Positions 28,912 to 38,496 of a stretch of 64,000 nucleotides of DNA are shown here, in pieces. Numbering within the stretch: the first letter of the stretch is position 1; each line of letters begins with the position of its first letter. Both the position numbers and the translations under genes were made by a program. Origin of the DNA: an uncultured Verrucomicrobiae bacterium (GTDB lineage Bacteria > Verrucomicrobiota > Verrucomicrobiia > Chthoniobacterales > JAFAMB01); NCBI GenBank assembly GCA_963762565.1, contig CAVXLD010000003.1, positions 544,001-608,000 on the forward strand, written 5' to 3'. The notes beneath the pieces were generated by a model. It was not told the DNA's origin. It saw only the letters and a list, made by a program, of their open reading frames with translations, and did no database searches.

Positions 28912-29211
28912 ATGGGGTTATTGAACAAACGTTCGGGGCCAGAAAAAGTTAAGCGAGAGGTGACCATCGTGAACAAGCTTGGTCTCCACGCTCGCCCTGC
29001 CGCGATGTTTGTCCGGGTCGCGAATAAGCATCGGGCTGAGATTTGGGTCGAAAAAGACGGGGAACAGGTGAATGGCAAAAGCATCATGGGACTAATGATG
29101 CTGGCTGCCGGTCAGGGAACGAAGCTATTGATTTCCGCAGAAGGTTCCGATGCCGACAAAGCGGTGCAAGAGCTTGAGACGCTGATTGAAGGCAAGTTTA
29201 ATGAGGAATGA
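28912..29211 (+). CDS. ptsH: Phosphocarrier protein HPr
   Basis: GLHARPAA (His15) and GKSIMG (Ser46) motifs. Confidence 0.97.
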   Translation: MGLLNKRSGPEKVKREVTIVNKLGLHARPAAMFVRVANKHRAEIWVEKDGEQVNGKSIMGLMMLAAGQGTKLLISAEGSDADKAVQELETLIEGKFNEE

Positions 29212-29291
29212 CGTTTAGGGCGCTACATTTTACGCAAAACCTTTCTTTCTAATCGAATCTTCCGTTTCTTTCATTAGGTTCTGATCGCGAA

Positions 29292-31067
29292 ATGAGTGAT
29301 GAGGAAGTACGGCTTCGAGGTGTCGGCGTTTCCGCCGGAATTAGTCGCGGCACTGTCTTCATCCACCATCCCGAGGATGAAGAACCACCGAAGAAGAAGA
29401 TAGATAGCAGCGACGTGCCGGCAGAAATTGCTCGGTTCGAGGCTGCTCTTATTGCCACCCGGGCGCAGATCCTGGAGATGCAGCAGAAGATCGCGGAGGC
29501 AATCGGCGCCAAGGACGCAAGTATCTTCGATGCGCATCTCCTGGTGGTCGAAGATCACACGCTGATTGACGAGGTGTTACGCACTCTGCAGCGCGATCTG
29601 TGGAATGTAGAGTTTATCTTTTCCGAGGTCGCCAACCGTTATGCCCGCACGCTGAGCGAGATCGATGATCCCTATCTGAGGGAGCGGGCCTTCGATATCC
29701 ACGACGTCACTAAACGGATCATCCGCAATCTGCTCGGTCGATCCGGACGGCCGCTATCACAGATGGAGGAGCCGCACATCATCCTGGCCCATAATCTTAC
29801 TCCGTCTGATGCAGCTAATTTGAATCGGCAGTTTGTGCTCGGTATCGCCACGGATATTGGGAGCCGGACTTCGCACACGGCCATCATGGCTCGGTCGTTG
29901 AATATCCCGGCTGTAGTGGGCCTGAAAGACGCCAGTACACGTCTTAAAAACGGCGATCACATTCTGTTGGATGGCAATACTGGGTTGTTGATTCTCAATC
30001 CAGCAGATCAGGCCCTGTGGGAGTACGGAGAATTAGAGGTACGCCTGGAGAAGGTGGAAGAGCAGTTGACCACCCTCAGGGAGACCGCGTGTATCACCAC
30101 CGACGGCACGGAGATTATCCTTTCGGCAAATATCGAGCTTCCCGAGGATGTGAATCTCGTCAACCAGGCTGGCGCCAGGGGTGTCGGGCTCTATCGAACT
30201 GAGTTTTTTTTCCTGAACAAGACTGAACTGCCAAACGAGGAAGATCAGTTCCGGGCCTACCAAGCGGTTGCTCAGGCCATCCACCCGCACAGCGTCATTA
30301 TTCGCACCTTGGACTTAGGTGGAGACAAGTTTCTGAGTCATTCTCACATGCCGATGGAGATCAATCCGTTTCTGGGTTGCCGAGCGATCCGGTTTTGTCT
30401 GGACCGACCGGATATCTTCAAGGCTCAGCTTCGAGCGATTCTGCGCGCGAGTGTGGGTGGTAATGTGAGCCTTATGTATCCCATGATTTCGGGTCTATCC
30501 GAGCTGCGCCAAGCCAATGAGGTCTTAGAAAGTTGCCGGGCTGAGCTGCGTGAGGATGGGGTCGCGTTTAACGAGGAGATGGAGATCGGTATCATGATCG
30601 AAATACCGAGCGCTGTCTTAGTGGCTGACGCTCTGGCCAAGGAAGCGGACTTCTTTAGTATCGGTACGAACGATTTGATTCAATACACCGTGGCGGTCGA
30701 CCGGGTGAATGAGCGCATTGCCCATCTTTATGAGCCGACGCATCCCGCCATTGTTCGTCTTTTGGAGATGACGGTAGAGGCGGCGCACTCGAACGATATT
30801 TGGGTCGGTGTCTGCGGGGAGATGGCGGGTGAGGTGACTTTGACGCCGCTACTCGTCGGCCTAGGGGTTGATGAACTGAGCGCTAGCCCTGGTCTGGTGC
30901 CGCGCGTGAAGAAAGCAGTTCAGACGTTGAACGCGAAAGAATGCGCCCAACTCGCCGCCGAGATCCGCGCCATGACATCGGCCAATGAGATCTTAGCGAA
31001 ATGCGAGGCGGTAGCCCGCAACCACTATCCTGAGCTGTTGACGATGTCGGGAGGGGGGGAGGCGTAA
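29292..31067 (+). CDS. ptsI: PTS Enzyme I
   Basis: TSHTAIMAR, GLYRTEF and SIGTNDL motifs. Confidence 0.97.
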   Translation: MSDEEVRLRGVGVSAGISRGTVFIHHPEDEEPPKKKIDSSDVPAEIARFEAALIATRAQILEMQQKIAEAIGAKDASIFDAHLLVVEDHTLIDEVLRTLQRDLWNVEFIFSEVANRYARTLSEIDDPYLRERAFDIHDVTKRIIRNLLGRSGRPLSQMEEPHIILAHNLTPSDAANLNRQFVLGIATDIGSRTSHTAIMARSLNIPAVVGLKDASTRLKNGDHILLDGNTGLLILNPADQALWEYGELEVRLEKVEEQLTTLRETACITTDGTEIILSANIELPEDVNLVNQAGARGVGLYRTEFFFLNKTELPNEEDQFRAYQAVAQAIHPHSVIIRTLDLGGDKFLSHSHMPMEINPFLGCRAIRFCLDRPDIFKAQLRAILRASVGGNVSLMYPMISGLSELRQANEVLESCRAELREDGVAFNEEMEIGIMIEIPSAVLVADALAKEADFFSIGTNDLIQYTVAVDRVNERIAHLYEPTHPAIVRLLEMTVEAAHSNDIWVGVCGEMAGEVTLTPLLVGLGVDELSASPGLVPRVKKAVQTLNAKECAQLAAEIRAMTSANEILAKCEAVARNHYPELLTMSGGGEA

Positions 31068-31196
31068 TCAGTGAGAAGTGAGCAGTGATTCGTGAGAGGT
31101 GATTGGTGGCGCAGAGCGGCGCTGCGATAATCACATAAGTCCCATAGGTCCTATCCGCGACTAGGCCCTAAAAGCCGTTACGTCCGGGCGTCTTTC

Positions 31197-31604
31197 TCAA
31201 CGCCGCTTATAATAATTAGTCACCCGGCACTCGCAGAGCTGGTTCTTGGTTTCTTCGTGGATGATTTGTACGGAGTGAACCGCGAGAGCGTGTGATCGGC
31301 GCAAGACGCGGGCAACGGCAATGACGTGGCCTGAGGTTGCCGAACGCAGATGTGAGCCGTTGATCTCGATTCCGACCGGTATCACTTCTTCAGGATTAAT
31401 ATCCCAAGCTGAATGCATGCTGGCAGCGCTTTCCGCCAGCAGCAGGCTAATGCCGCCGTGTAAGAGGCCGAATGGTTGCCGAGTCGCGTTTGTGATGGGG
31501 ATTCGCAGGGTCAACCCTTTTTCGTCCACCGATACGACCTCAGCGGCTAGAGGCTCGAGCGCCGTGTTGGGAATGAGCTGTTGAAAGTCAGCCAGCGATT
31601 TCAA
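31197..31604 (-). CDS. PaaI/hot-dog thioesterase (MenI-like)
   Basis: QPFGLLHGG...LAE and GIEIN.SHLR motifs. Confidence 0.9.
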   Translation of the reverse strand: MKSLADFQQLIPNTALEPLAAEVVSVDEKGLTLRIPITNATRQPFGLLHGGISLLLAESAASMHSAWDINPEEVIPVGIEINGSHLRSATSGHVIAVARVLRRSHALAVHSVQIIHEETKNQLCECRVTNYYKRR

Positions 31605-31667
31605 AACTGAGCCCCGGAATAGTTGACCATAAAAGCGCGGATTCGAGCCAGCTCGACGGTCACCCGG

Positions 31668-32231
31668 CTACACCGGGTGCTGTTTGATCCACGCGAGAGT
31701 ATCAGCCGCACTTTTGTCCGGCGGAAATACCGGATAGAGAACGTGAGTAATCACCGCATCATCAACGATCAAGGTGAGGCGTTTAATCAGGGTTTCGCCA
31801 TCAAAGTCAAATGTGGGCAGGTTCAGTGTATGAGTGAAGGCCAGTTTTTCATCGGAAACGAGCAGATAGGGTAAATGCAGCCGTTCGGCGGCTTCTCGTT
31901 GATAGCTGGAACTCTGGGTGCTTAGCCCGAACACCTGTTTCACGCCCGCCCGCTGCACATTAGCGTACTCGTCTCGGAACCCACAATTCTGTGGCGTGCA
32001 TCCTCGTGCCCCTGGAATTTCGTTCCAGACCGCCGACGGTTCTTTTCCAGGCAGGCCTGTTTTCGGGTAACAAAAAATAACGCTTCGACCGGTGAGGCTT
32101 GAGAAATCGATGGTGGATCCGGCGGTGGTGAGCAGCGCTACCTGAGGCATCTTCAGGCCCGCGAGGTGACCACATGCCCCATCATCTTGTGGAACGGGCA
32201 GATTGTCAGGGAGAGAAAGAGACTGAGGCAT
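31668..32231 (-). CDS. Peroxiredoxin (AhpC/TSA, BCP-like)
   Basis: PGARGCTPQ peroxidatic motif. Confidence 0.92.
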   Translation of the reverse strand: MPQSLSLPDNLPVPQDDGACGHLAGLKMPQVALLTTAGSTIDFSSLTGRSVIFCYPKTGLPGKEPSAVWNEIPGARGCTPQNCGFRDEYANVQRAGVKQVFGLSTQSSSYQREAAERLHLPYLLVSDEKLAFTHTLNLPTFDFDGETLIKRLTLIVDDAVITHVLYPVFPPDKSAADTLAWIKQHPV

Positions 32232-32299
32232 GAAACAGTTACGGGTTTTAGGTTATAAGTTTTAGGTTATAAGTTGCAGGTTTAGGCTGGCTCGCTGGA

Positions 32300-32791
32300 T
32301 CAGATCGCGGCGGTTAGGATTTGGACGAATTTTTGGAGTTCGGCTTCGTCCTGGTCGTCGAAGCGAGCGAACTCGGGGCTATCGATATCGAGAACGCCGA
32401 TTAACGCGTCGCTTTTAATTATCGGGAGGACGATCTCGGAGTTTGAAGCGCTATCGCAGGCGATGTGGCCTGGAAATTCGTGGACGTTCGCTACCGCTAC
32501 TGCTTGGCGTTGTTCAGCGGCGGTTCCGCAGACGCCTTGACCAAGTTTGATCCGGACGCAGGCGATTCTTCCTTGAAACGGGCCGAGTACCAGCTCTTGG
32601 TCCTTAAGGAGATAAAAGCCGGCCCAGTTAACAGCAGGCAGGCTCCAGAAAAGTAACGCGGCGGCGTTAGCGAGATTCGCGATGAAGTCGGTCTCGCCGG
32701 CCAGTACCGCTGGCAACGCGCGAAGGATCTCTGCGTACAGGGTTTTCTTGTCTGTGGTCTCAGGTGATGAGCTGATTACGGATGAGAACAT
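32300..32791 (-). CDS. msrC: Free methionine-R-sulfoxide reductase (GAF domain)
   Basis: NWAGFY, LGPFQG..AC, GVCG and HIACD motifs. Confidence 0.92.
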   Translation of the reverse strand: MFSSVISSSPETTDKKTLYAEILRALPAVLAGETDFIANLANAAALLFWSLPAVNWAGFYLLKDQELVLGPFQGRIACVRIKLGQGVCGTAAEQRQAVAVANVHEFPGHIACDSASNSEIVLPIIKSDALIGVLDIDSPEFARFDDQDEAELQKFVQILTAAI

Positions 32792-32859
32792 CGGTCGGTA
32801 GTCAGAGATCCTAAAATAGTTTTTTAACCTAGCCGGATATTGGCGTTAGGCAAAAGAAG

Positions 32860-32992
32860 GCGGAACTCGCCTTAGGCTCCTTCAATGACAAATGACAAAT
32901 GACAGATGACAAAATTATGGAGCCCGGACCTGGTCCATTTGTCATTTGTCATCTGTGATCTGTTATTGGAACGAGCCTAAGGCGAGTTCCGC
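32860..32992. repeat. 133-bp hairpin: perfect 20-bp outer IR plus inverted ATGACA(A/G) arrays
   Basis: gcggaactcgccttaggctc / gagcctaaggcgagttccgc. Confidence 0.9.
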
Positions 32993-34230
32993 TACCATTT
33001 TACGTTCTGGAACCGCTCGGCTACGACTTCAGCATTTTCGCGGGAATTAAAGGCGGAGACCCGGAAGAAACCTTCTCCTTGGGCGCCGAATCCCGCCCCT
33101 GGGGTGATTACCACCTGGATCTCGTTTAGAATCTTATCAAACACGGCCCAACTCCCGTAGCCGGACGGGGCTTTCACCCACAAGTAGGGAGCATTGATTC
33201 CGCCATAAACGCTCAGACCGGTCTTCTGGAGGGCGGCCACCAGCAGGCGCGCATTTCCGAGATAGTGATCAATCAGGGATCGAATCTGTTCTCGGCCGGC
33301 CTTGGAGTAGAGGGACTCTGCTCCGCGCTGGACTGGATAGCTGACGCTGTTGAATTTGGTGCTGAATCGACGGTGCCAAAGCGGATGTAACGGTCTGCTC
33401 TCGCCCGATTGAGTGGTGGCTGACAATTCTTTCGGCAAGACGGTAAACCCGCAGCGGACACCGGTGAATCCACCATTCTTGGAAAAACTGCGAAACTCGA
33501 TGGCACATTTTCTAGCCCCCGGTATCTCGTAGATAGAGTGGGGTATTTCGGGCTCCGTAATATACGCTTCGTAAGCCGCATCGAAGAGTATGATTGCTTG
33601 GGAAGCCAGCGCGTAATCGACCCACTCGTTCAACTGGTCCCGGGTAGCCGTTGCTCCCGTGGGATTGTTTGGATAACAAAGATAAATCAGGTCGACTTTT
33701 TCTTTGGGCGGCGCGGGAACAAAGCCGTTTGTTTCGTTACACCGCAAATAGACGAAACCGGAGTAGGCGCCGGCCGAGTCCGCTTCTCCAGTGTGACCGG
33801 CCATAACATTGGTATCGACGTACACCGGGTAAACCGGATCCATGACTGCAATCCGATTCTGCGGCCCAAAAATATCGAGGATATTTGCGCAATCACATTT
33901 GGAACCATCCGACACAAAGATTTCGTCCGTAGCCACTTCGAGTCCGCGGGAGCGATAGTCATTTTCGACGATTGCATTCCGGAGAAATTCATAACCTTGC
34001 TCCGGCCCATACCCGCGAAAGGATTCTCGACGAGCCAGTTCGTCTACTGCACGATGCATCGCCTCAATGGCGGCTGCAGGTAATGGCTCGGTGACGTCCC
34101 CGATTCCGCAACGAATGATCTTCTTGCTCAGGTCCGGCTTCTCTTCGCCGAACTGTCTCACCCGGCGAGCAATTTCTGGGAATAGGTAACCAGCCTTAAG
34201 CTTAAGATAGTTATCGTTGAGGTATGCCAC
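32992..34230 (-). CDS. dapL: LL-diaminopimelate aminotransferase
   Basis: [20 protein letters not shown] and SFSK.GGFTGVR motifs; start placed at GTG 34230. Confidence 0.96.
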   Translation of the reverse strand: MAYLNDNYLKLKAGYLFPEIARRVRQFGEEKPDLSKKIIRCGIGDVTEPLPAAAIEAMHRAVDELARRESFRGYGPEQGYEFLRNAIVENDYRSRGLEVATDEIFVSDGSKCDCANILDIFGPQNRIAVMDPVYPVYVDTNVMAGHTGEADSAGAYSGFVYLRCNETNGFVPAPPKEKVDLIYLCYPNNPTGATATRDQLNEWVDYALASQAIILFDAAYEAYITEPEIPHSIYEIPGARKCAIEFRSFSKNGGFTGVRCGFTVLPKELSATTQSGESRPLHPLWHRRFSTKFNSVSYPVQRGAESLYSKAGREQIRSLIDHYLGNARLLVAALQKTGLSVYGGINAPYLWVKAPSGYGSWAVFDKILNEIQVVITPGAGFGAQGEGFFRVSAFNSRENAEVVAERFQNVKW

Positions 34231-34279
34231 AGTTTGCACCCTCTACAAATGCATCAGTCATTTGTAAAGGGCGCAGGCT

Positions 34280-34497
34280 GGTAGGGCGAAAATCTCGGCG
34301 CGCCGTGGACGGGCCATTCAGGTCACGAGTATACGCCCCGGATTTGAGCCGCGCCGTGGGGTTGCTACCTCGCTGGACTCGCTGGTCCTGAGAGCGATGA
34401 CGGGCTGGATGTCGCCGCGCACGCATGGCTCAAATCCGGCGCGCATACACGTGGTTAGAATGGTCCATCCACGGCGCGCCGAGATTTTCGCCCTACC
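34280..34497. repeat. GTAG-type 218-bp palindromic element
   Basis: GGTAGGGCGAAAATCTCGGCGCGCC terminal IR and inner CCGGATTTGAGCC IR; relatives at about 1987-2145, 44201-44223 and 63732-63976. Confidence 0.9.
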
Positions 34498-34509
34498 GGC
34501 GTTTTAACG

Positions 34510-35121
34510 TTATTTAGCGGCCAGGAAGTTCTGTTCGGCTTGGTCCCAGCTGACGACGTTCCACCAAGCCTTCAGGTAGTCAGGTCGCCGATTTTGGTAG
34601 AGCAGGTAGTAGGAATGTTCCCAAACATCGAGACCAATGACCGGTTTCAAACCATCCATAATCGGGCTATCCTGGTTTGGAGTAGAGATGACTTCGAGGT
34701 TGCCTTCTTTATTCACCACTAGCCACGCCCAACCGCTGCCAAATCTACCGGCGCCGGCCGCCTGAAATTTCTCTTTAAATGCGTCAATGCTGCCGAAAGT
34801 CGCAGTAATCGCGTCGGCCAGTTTTCCCTTTGGAGTACCGCCGGCGTTCGGAGCCATAATTTTCCAAAAGAACGAGTGGTTAGAGTGACCGCCTGCGTTG
34901 TTCCGTACTGCGGTCCGAATCGATTCGGGTACCTGGCTAAGATTAGCGATAAGCTCGTTGACAGGCTTCGCAGCTAAATCCGGGTGGTCCTTTAGCGCAT
35001 TATTTGCGTTGGTAATATACGCTTGGTGATGCTTGTCATGATGGATTTCCATCGTCTTGGCATCAATATGTGGCTCCAGAGCGTTAGTTGGATAGGGTAG
35101 AGGAGGAAGTTCGTAAGCCAT
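34510..35121 (-). CDS. sodA: Superoxide dismutase, probably Mn-type
   Basis: HHDKHH, GGHSNH, FGSGWAW, NQD and DVWEH motifs. Confidence 0.93.
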   Translation of the reverse strand: MAYELPPLPYPTNALEPHIDAKTMEIHHDKHHQAYITNANNALKDHPDLAAKPVNELIANLSQVPESIRTAVRNNAGGHSNHSFFWKIMAPNAGGTPKGKLADAITATFGSIDAFKEKFQAAGAGRFGSGWAWLVVNKEGNLEVISTPNQDSPIMDGLKPVIGLDVWEHSYYLLYQNRRPDYLKAWWNVVSWDQAEQNFLAAK

Positions 35122-35280
35122 AGAATTTCATCAAGGAAACTGGTTTGTGCGAGCCCTGTAACGGCTTGTTCCTTGGCTCGCATAGCAACTAAACCCCTGC
35201 CGCCCAACGCGTCAAATTGATGCAAAGTCAGGCGGCCACCCTATTAAGCTATGCGGGCGTGCGGCGTTTGGTCGTAACCC

Positions 35281-35516
35281 TGGAGCGCTGCCTCGCTTGC
35301 CAGGCCGTGGTGACGGGGCGACTGACGTCACACGCTACACTTGCCTTTGCTGGCTCTATTGTCAGCCGATCGAGGCTCTGGGCAGGTTTCTATCCGCGGC
35401 AACGATTAGCACTTCGAGCTGCAAATCGGCCCGTTACAGAGCGTAGACAAAGAAATGGCGTAAGTGAACTGTATCGCCTTGCTCACCACGGCCTCGCAAG
35501 CGAGGCGGCGCTCCAC
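35281..35516. repeat. REP-like doublet TGGAGCG-GCCTCGCTTGCGAGGC
   Basis: Inverted pair; same family at 48645-48905 and 60296-60544. Confidence 0.88.
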
Positions 35517-35521
35517 AGGTA

Positions 35522-35848
35522 TTAGTCGGTTAGCGTCGGCTCGATGACCTCCGATTTGGGTCGAGGGATGGATTCCGGGCCATTCGCACTTTCCAATGTA
35601 GGCGCTGAGGTTATCAGCGGTTCTAGGTTGTATCGTTCGAGCCCTTCCTCGATGAGCTCGGCAGCACAAAGGTGCATGGGGATATCGCGTGACGCACTCA
35701 GCTTCCGCAAAGCGGCTTGCATGTCTTCGGTGAGGATTATCTGAAGAAAGGCTTTATGCTCTTCCTTGAGGCGGGTCCGCCGGCGGCGCTGTGCTTCACG
35801 TAGTTGCAAGAGGCGTTTTTTGCGCTTCTGGGCTACTTGCTGAATCAT
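35522..35848 (-). CDS. Hypothetical protein, possibly a ribbon-helix-helix DNA binder
   Basis: Basic helix followed by LQIILTEDMQAALRKLS...AELIEEGL; start placed at ATG 35848. Confidence 0.5.
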   Translation of the reverse strand: MIQQVAQKRKKRLLQLREAQRRRRTRLKEEHKAFLQIILTEDMQAALRKLSASRDIPMHLCAAELIEEGLERYNLEPLITSAPTLESANGPESIPRPKSEVIEPTLTD

Positions 35849-36041
35849 ACTGGGGGAAATCGCCCAACGATAACCACCCGCAGCCAGGAAGTCGAGCCCG
35901 CAACGTTCAAAAATGATCAGCATTTGAGGAACTCTGGGTTCGACTTCCTGGCTATAGCCCGGCTGGCTGGCAATCGTTGACGATTTTGCCATCCAGCCGA
36001 GCTGTTGACATAGGGGCCGGTCACGCCTAAGCAAAGGACTT

Positions 36042-36491
36042 GTGGTAAACCTGACGTTTTCGTCTTCTTTGCCGGTTGACCGCCGGGAAGAGTTAGAAGC
36101 GCTGATGTTTTTCCACCCGCAGCAGGGCGAACATGAATCGGGGATAAACGCTTCAATTCTTAGTTACGGATTCCCGAAGATCATCGTGGAACACGAGCAA
36201 ATCAGAATCGGGATTGAAGGGCGAGAAGTGCAGACGTTATACGCATTCATGGACCGCGGCCGAGAAAAGGACCTGGCTGGGGTGGTTGTCTACACGAGGA
36301 CTGGTGAAGACACACTGGCGCTGCTCCACATGGCGGTGAAACCGGAGTATTCATACTCGGTCGGTTACCGGAACGAGCTGGTTCTTGTGCGCATCTTGGC
36401 CCAAGTGCGCTCGATTGCGAAGAGAATAAAAGGAGTAAAACGGCTCTCGATTGCCTACGCGGGGCAAATCGTTCCGAGAGTGGAGATCTAA
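36042..36491 (+). CDS. Hypothetical protein, possibly with a GNAT-like fold
   Basis: 149-aa ORF with globular composition; LLHMAVKPEY resembles the start of GNAT motif A. Confidence 0.6.
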   Translation: MVNLTFSSSLPVDRREELEALMFFHPQQGEHESGINASILSYGFPKIIVEHEQIRIGIEGREVQTLYAFMDRGREKDLAGVVVYTRTGEDTLALLHMAVKPEYSYSVGYRNELVLVRILAQVRSIAKRIKGVKRLSIAYAGQIVPRVEI

Positions 36492-36528
36492 GCTCCTCGA
36501 ACTCGCCTATTTATTACGTCGGACGCCG

Positions 36529-37299
36529 ATGAATTCTCCGACTCACGCAGCACTACCAGCGATCACGGAATACTTGGACCGCCTCTTGGACATTCCGGCA
36601 TTTCCGGATTACCCGAACGCATTTAACGGGCTACAACTCGAAAACTCGGGCCGGGTCACGAAGATCGGCGCAGCGGTCGACTCGGGTTTGCGGGTGGTTG
36701 AGATGGCAATCGCCGAAGAGGTGGATCTGTTGCTGGTTCACCACGGATTATTCTGGGGTGGTTGTGCGCCAATCGCAGGTCATGGCTATCGGAAGCTGGC
36801 CAAAGCAATCGGAGCGAACCTCGCGATCTACAGCGCCCACCTTCCGTTGGATGCTCATCCTGAGATTGGGAACAACGTTCTGCTCGCGGCGGAGCTCGGA
36901 TTGATGCCAGTAGAGCCGTTCTTCGAATTCAAGGGCCGTTCCGTGGGCTGTTTCTCCGGTGTCGAGATTGATTACGCGACATTACTGGGGAGAATCGAAC
37001 AGAAATTTGCCCGAACGGTCTGGCATTGTCATGCGGGTCCCGATCGTGTCAAAAGAGTTGGCATCGTCACAGGAGGCGGCGGATCTGAGCTGGCGCAGGC
37101 TAAGAACGAGGGCGTGGATACTTTTATTACCGGCGAAGGGCCGCATCACACGTTCACGATGGCCGAGGAGTTGGGAATCAATCTGATCTATGCCGGGCAT
37201 TATGCGACGGAGACGGGCGGAGTAAAAGCGCTGGCGGGTCGCGTGGCGAGCGTTTTCGAGGTGCCCTGGGTTTTCCTGGATCATCCCTCGGGGCTCTAG
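36529..37299 (+). CDS. Nif3/YbgI-like dinuclear metal protein (DUF34)
   Basis: NGLQ, VHHG, HLPLDAH, GNN and GHYATE motifs. Confidence 0.95.
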   Translation: MNSPTHAALPAITEYLDRLLDIPAFPDYPNAFNGLQLENSGRVTKIGAAVDSGLRVVEMAIAEEVDLLLVHHGLFWGGCAPIAGHGYRKLAKAIGANLAIYSAHLPLDAHPEIGNNVLLAAELGLMPVEPFFEFKGRSVGCFSGVEIDYATLLGRIEQKFARTVWHCHAGPDRVKRVGIVTGGGGSELAQAKNEGVDTFITGEGPHHTFTMAEELGINLIYAGHYATETGGVKALAGRVASVFEVPWVFLDHPSGL

Positions 37300-37419
37300 G
37301 AAATCGCGCTCTGGTCGTGGTAATCTTGGTTTCTTTCGGCTTCAGGGGTATGTCACGAATGGGACCTATGGGACTAATAGGACTTATGTGACCTTACGCC
37401 TTTCAAAGACTAGAGATCG

Positions 37420-38013
37420 ATGCAGAACGAGACCCTGACGAGACAGTTCTTTGAGCGGCCGCCGCTGGTTTGTGCCAGAGAAATGCTGGGGTGCACGCTG
37501 ACGTGGGGCGAAACAGCCGGCATCATTGTAGAAACGGAGGCCTATGCGGAACACGGAGACGAGGCATCCCACGCATTTGTACGGCCGACGACCCGGACCT
37601 TTATCCGAGATCTGCCCCCTGGGACCGTGTATATCTATCTAAACTACGGAGTGCATTGGCTGCTGAATTTTCTGACCAAAGGCGGCGATTTGCGTGGATT
37701 TGTCCTCATCCGGGCGCTGCAGCCGGTGTCGGGTCTAGATGTGATGAGACGGAGACGTCGTGTAAATCAGGACAAAACGCTTTGCTCCGGCCCGGGTAAG
37801 CTTACCCAGGCAATGGGGATCACCGCTCAATGGCACGGGCAAGATTTTTTCTCCATCCCTGGTGTTTCGCTGAGCCGAAACTCGAAACAGCCGGCCGTAG
37901 TCGTCGACCGGCGAGTCGGCATTACAAAATCTCCTGACTTCGAATGGCGATTTTCGATCGCCAACTCGCAGTACGTGAGTCTTAAGAGAGGAAAACCCGC
38001 CTCAGATCGCTGA
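37420..38013 (+). CDS. DNA-3-methyladenine glycosylase (MPG/AAG family)
   Basis: IVETEAY, YIYLNYG.H, GPGKL and RVGI motifs. Confidence 0.95.
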   Translation: MQNETLTRQFFERPPLVCAREMLGCTLTWGETAGIIVETEAYAEHGDEASHAFVRPTTRTFIRDLPPGTVYIYLNYGVHWLLNFLTKGGDLRGFVLIRALQPVSGLDVMRRRRRVNQDKTLCSGPGKLTQAMGITAQWHGQDFFSIPGVSLSRNSKQPAVVVDRRVGITKSPDFEWRFSIANSQYVSLKRGKPASDR

Positions 38014-38045
38014 GGCGGGTATCAAATACTCTCCGAGGCGCAGGC

Positions 38046-38171
38046 CTACTTCGAGTAACCGGTGGTCGTCTTCGCCGGTGCCGGGGGTGGGGTATTGTTA
38101 CTGTGGCAGGCCGACATTCCGAGGGCCAGAGCGGCAAAAGCCGCCAAGGTGATGCACTTCACGATCTTCAT
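38046..38171 (-). CDS. Small 41-aa lipoprotein, not in the ORF track
   Basis: MKIVKCITLAAFAALALGMSA-CHSNNTPPPAPAKTTTGYSK*; GGAAAGGAGG upstream. Confidence 0.75.
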   Translation of the reverse strand: MKIVKCITLAAFAALALGMSACHSNNTPPPAPAKTTTGYSK

Positions 38172-38334
38172 TGTATTTATCTCTCGCCTCCTTTCCTAGC
38201 TAGCAGCATGTTGGTATTAGGCTGAACGTTTGGTTCAGACAAATGCATTTTTGTAAATTCGAACCCGACGGGCCGCAGAAGTAAAAGGGTCAATCCGAAG
38301 CAATTAAGGTGGATTTTCCGGGGCAATAGGGCCT

Positions 38335-38487
38335 TCATGGCAAGATCTCGACTTCCGTCCCGACGTCTATCAGATCAAACAACTGAATTATGTCTTGGTT
38401 GCGCATCCTGATGCATCCACGACTCGCTGCTTGCCCGATCAGCTGCTCATTCCCGTAGCGCGAGTGATTTTTGCACGCTACGTTCAT
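38335..38487 (-). pseudogene. C-terminal remnant of an L,D-transpeptidase (YkuD)
   Basis: EQLIGQAASRGCIRMRNQDIIQLFDLIDVGTEVEI; the catalytic His and the N-terminal two-thirds are absent. Confidence 0.7.
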
Positions 38488-38496
38488 GCTCCTTCC

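Noticed and set aside
38395..38496. N-terminal extension of asd in the ORF track
   Set aside because: The Rossmann motif starts right after ATG 38497; the extension is antisense to the transpeptidase remnant.
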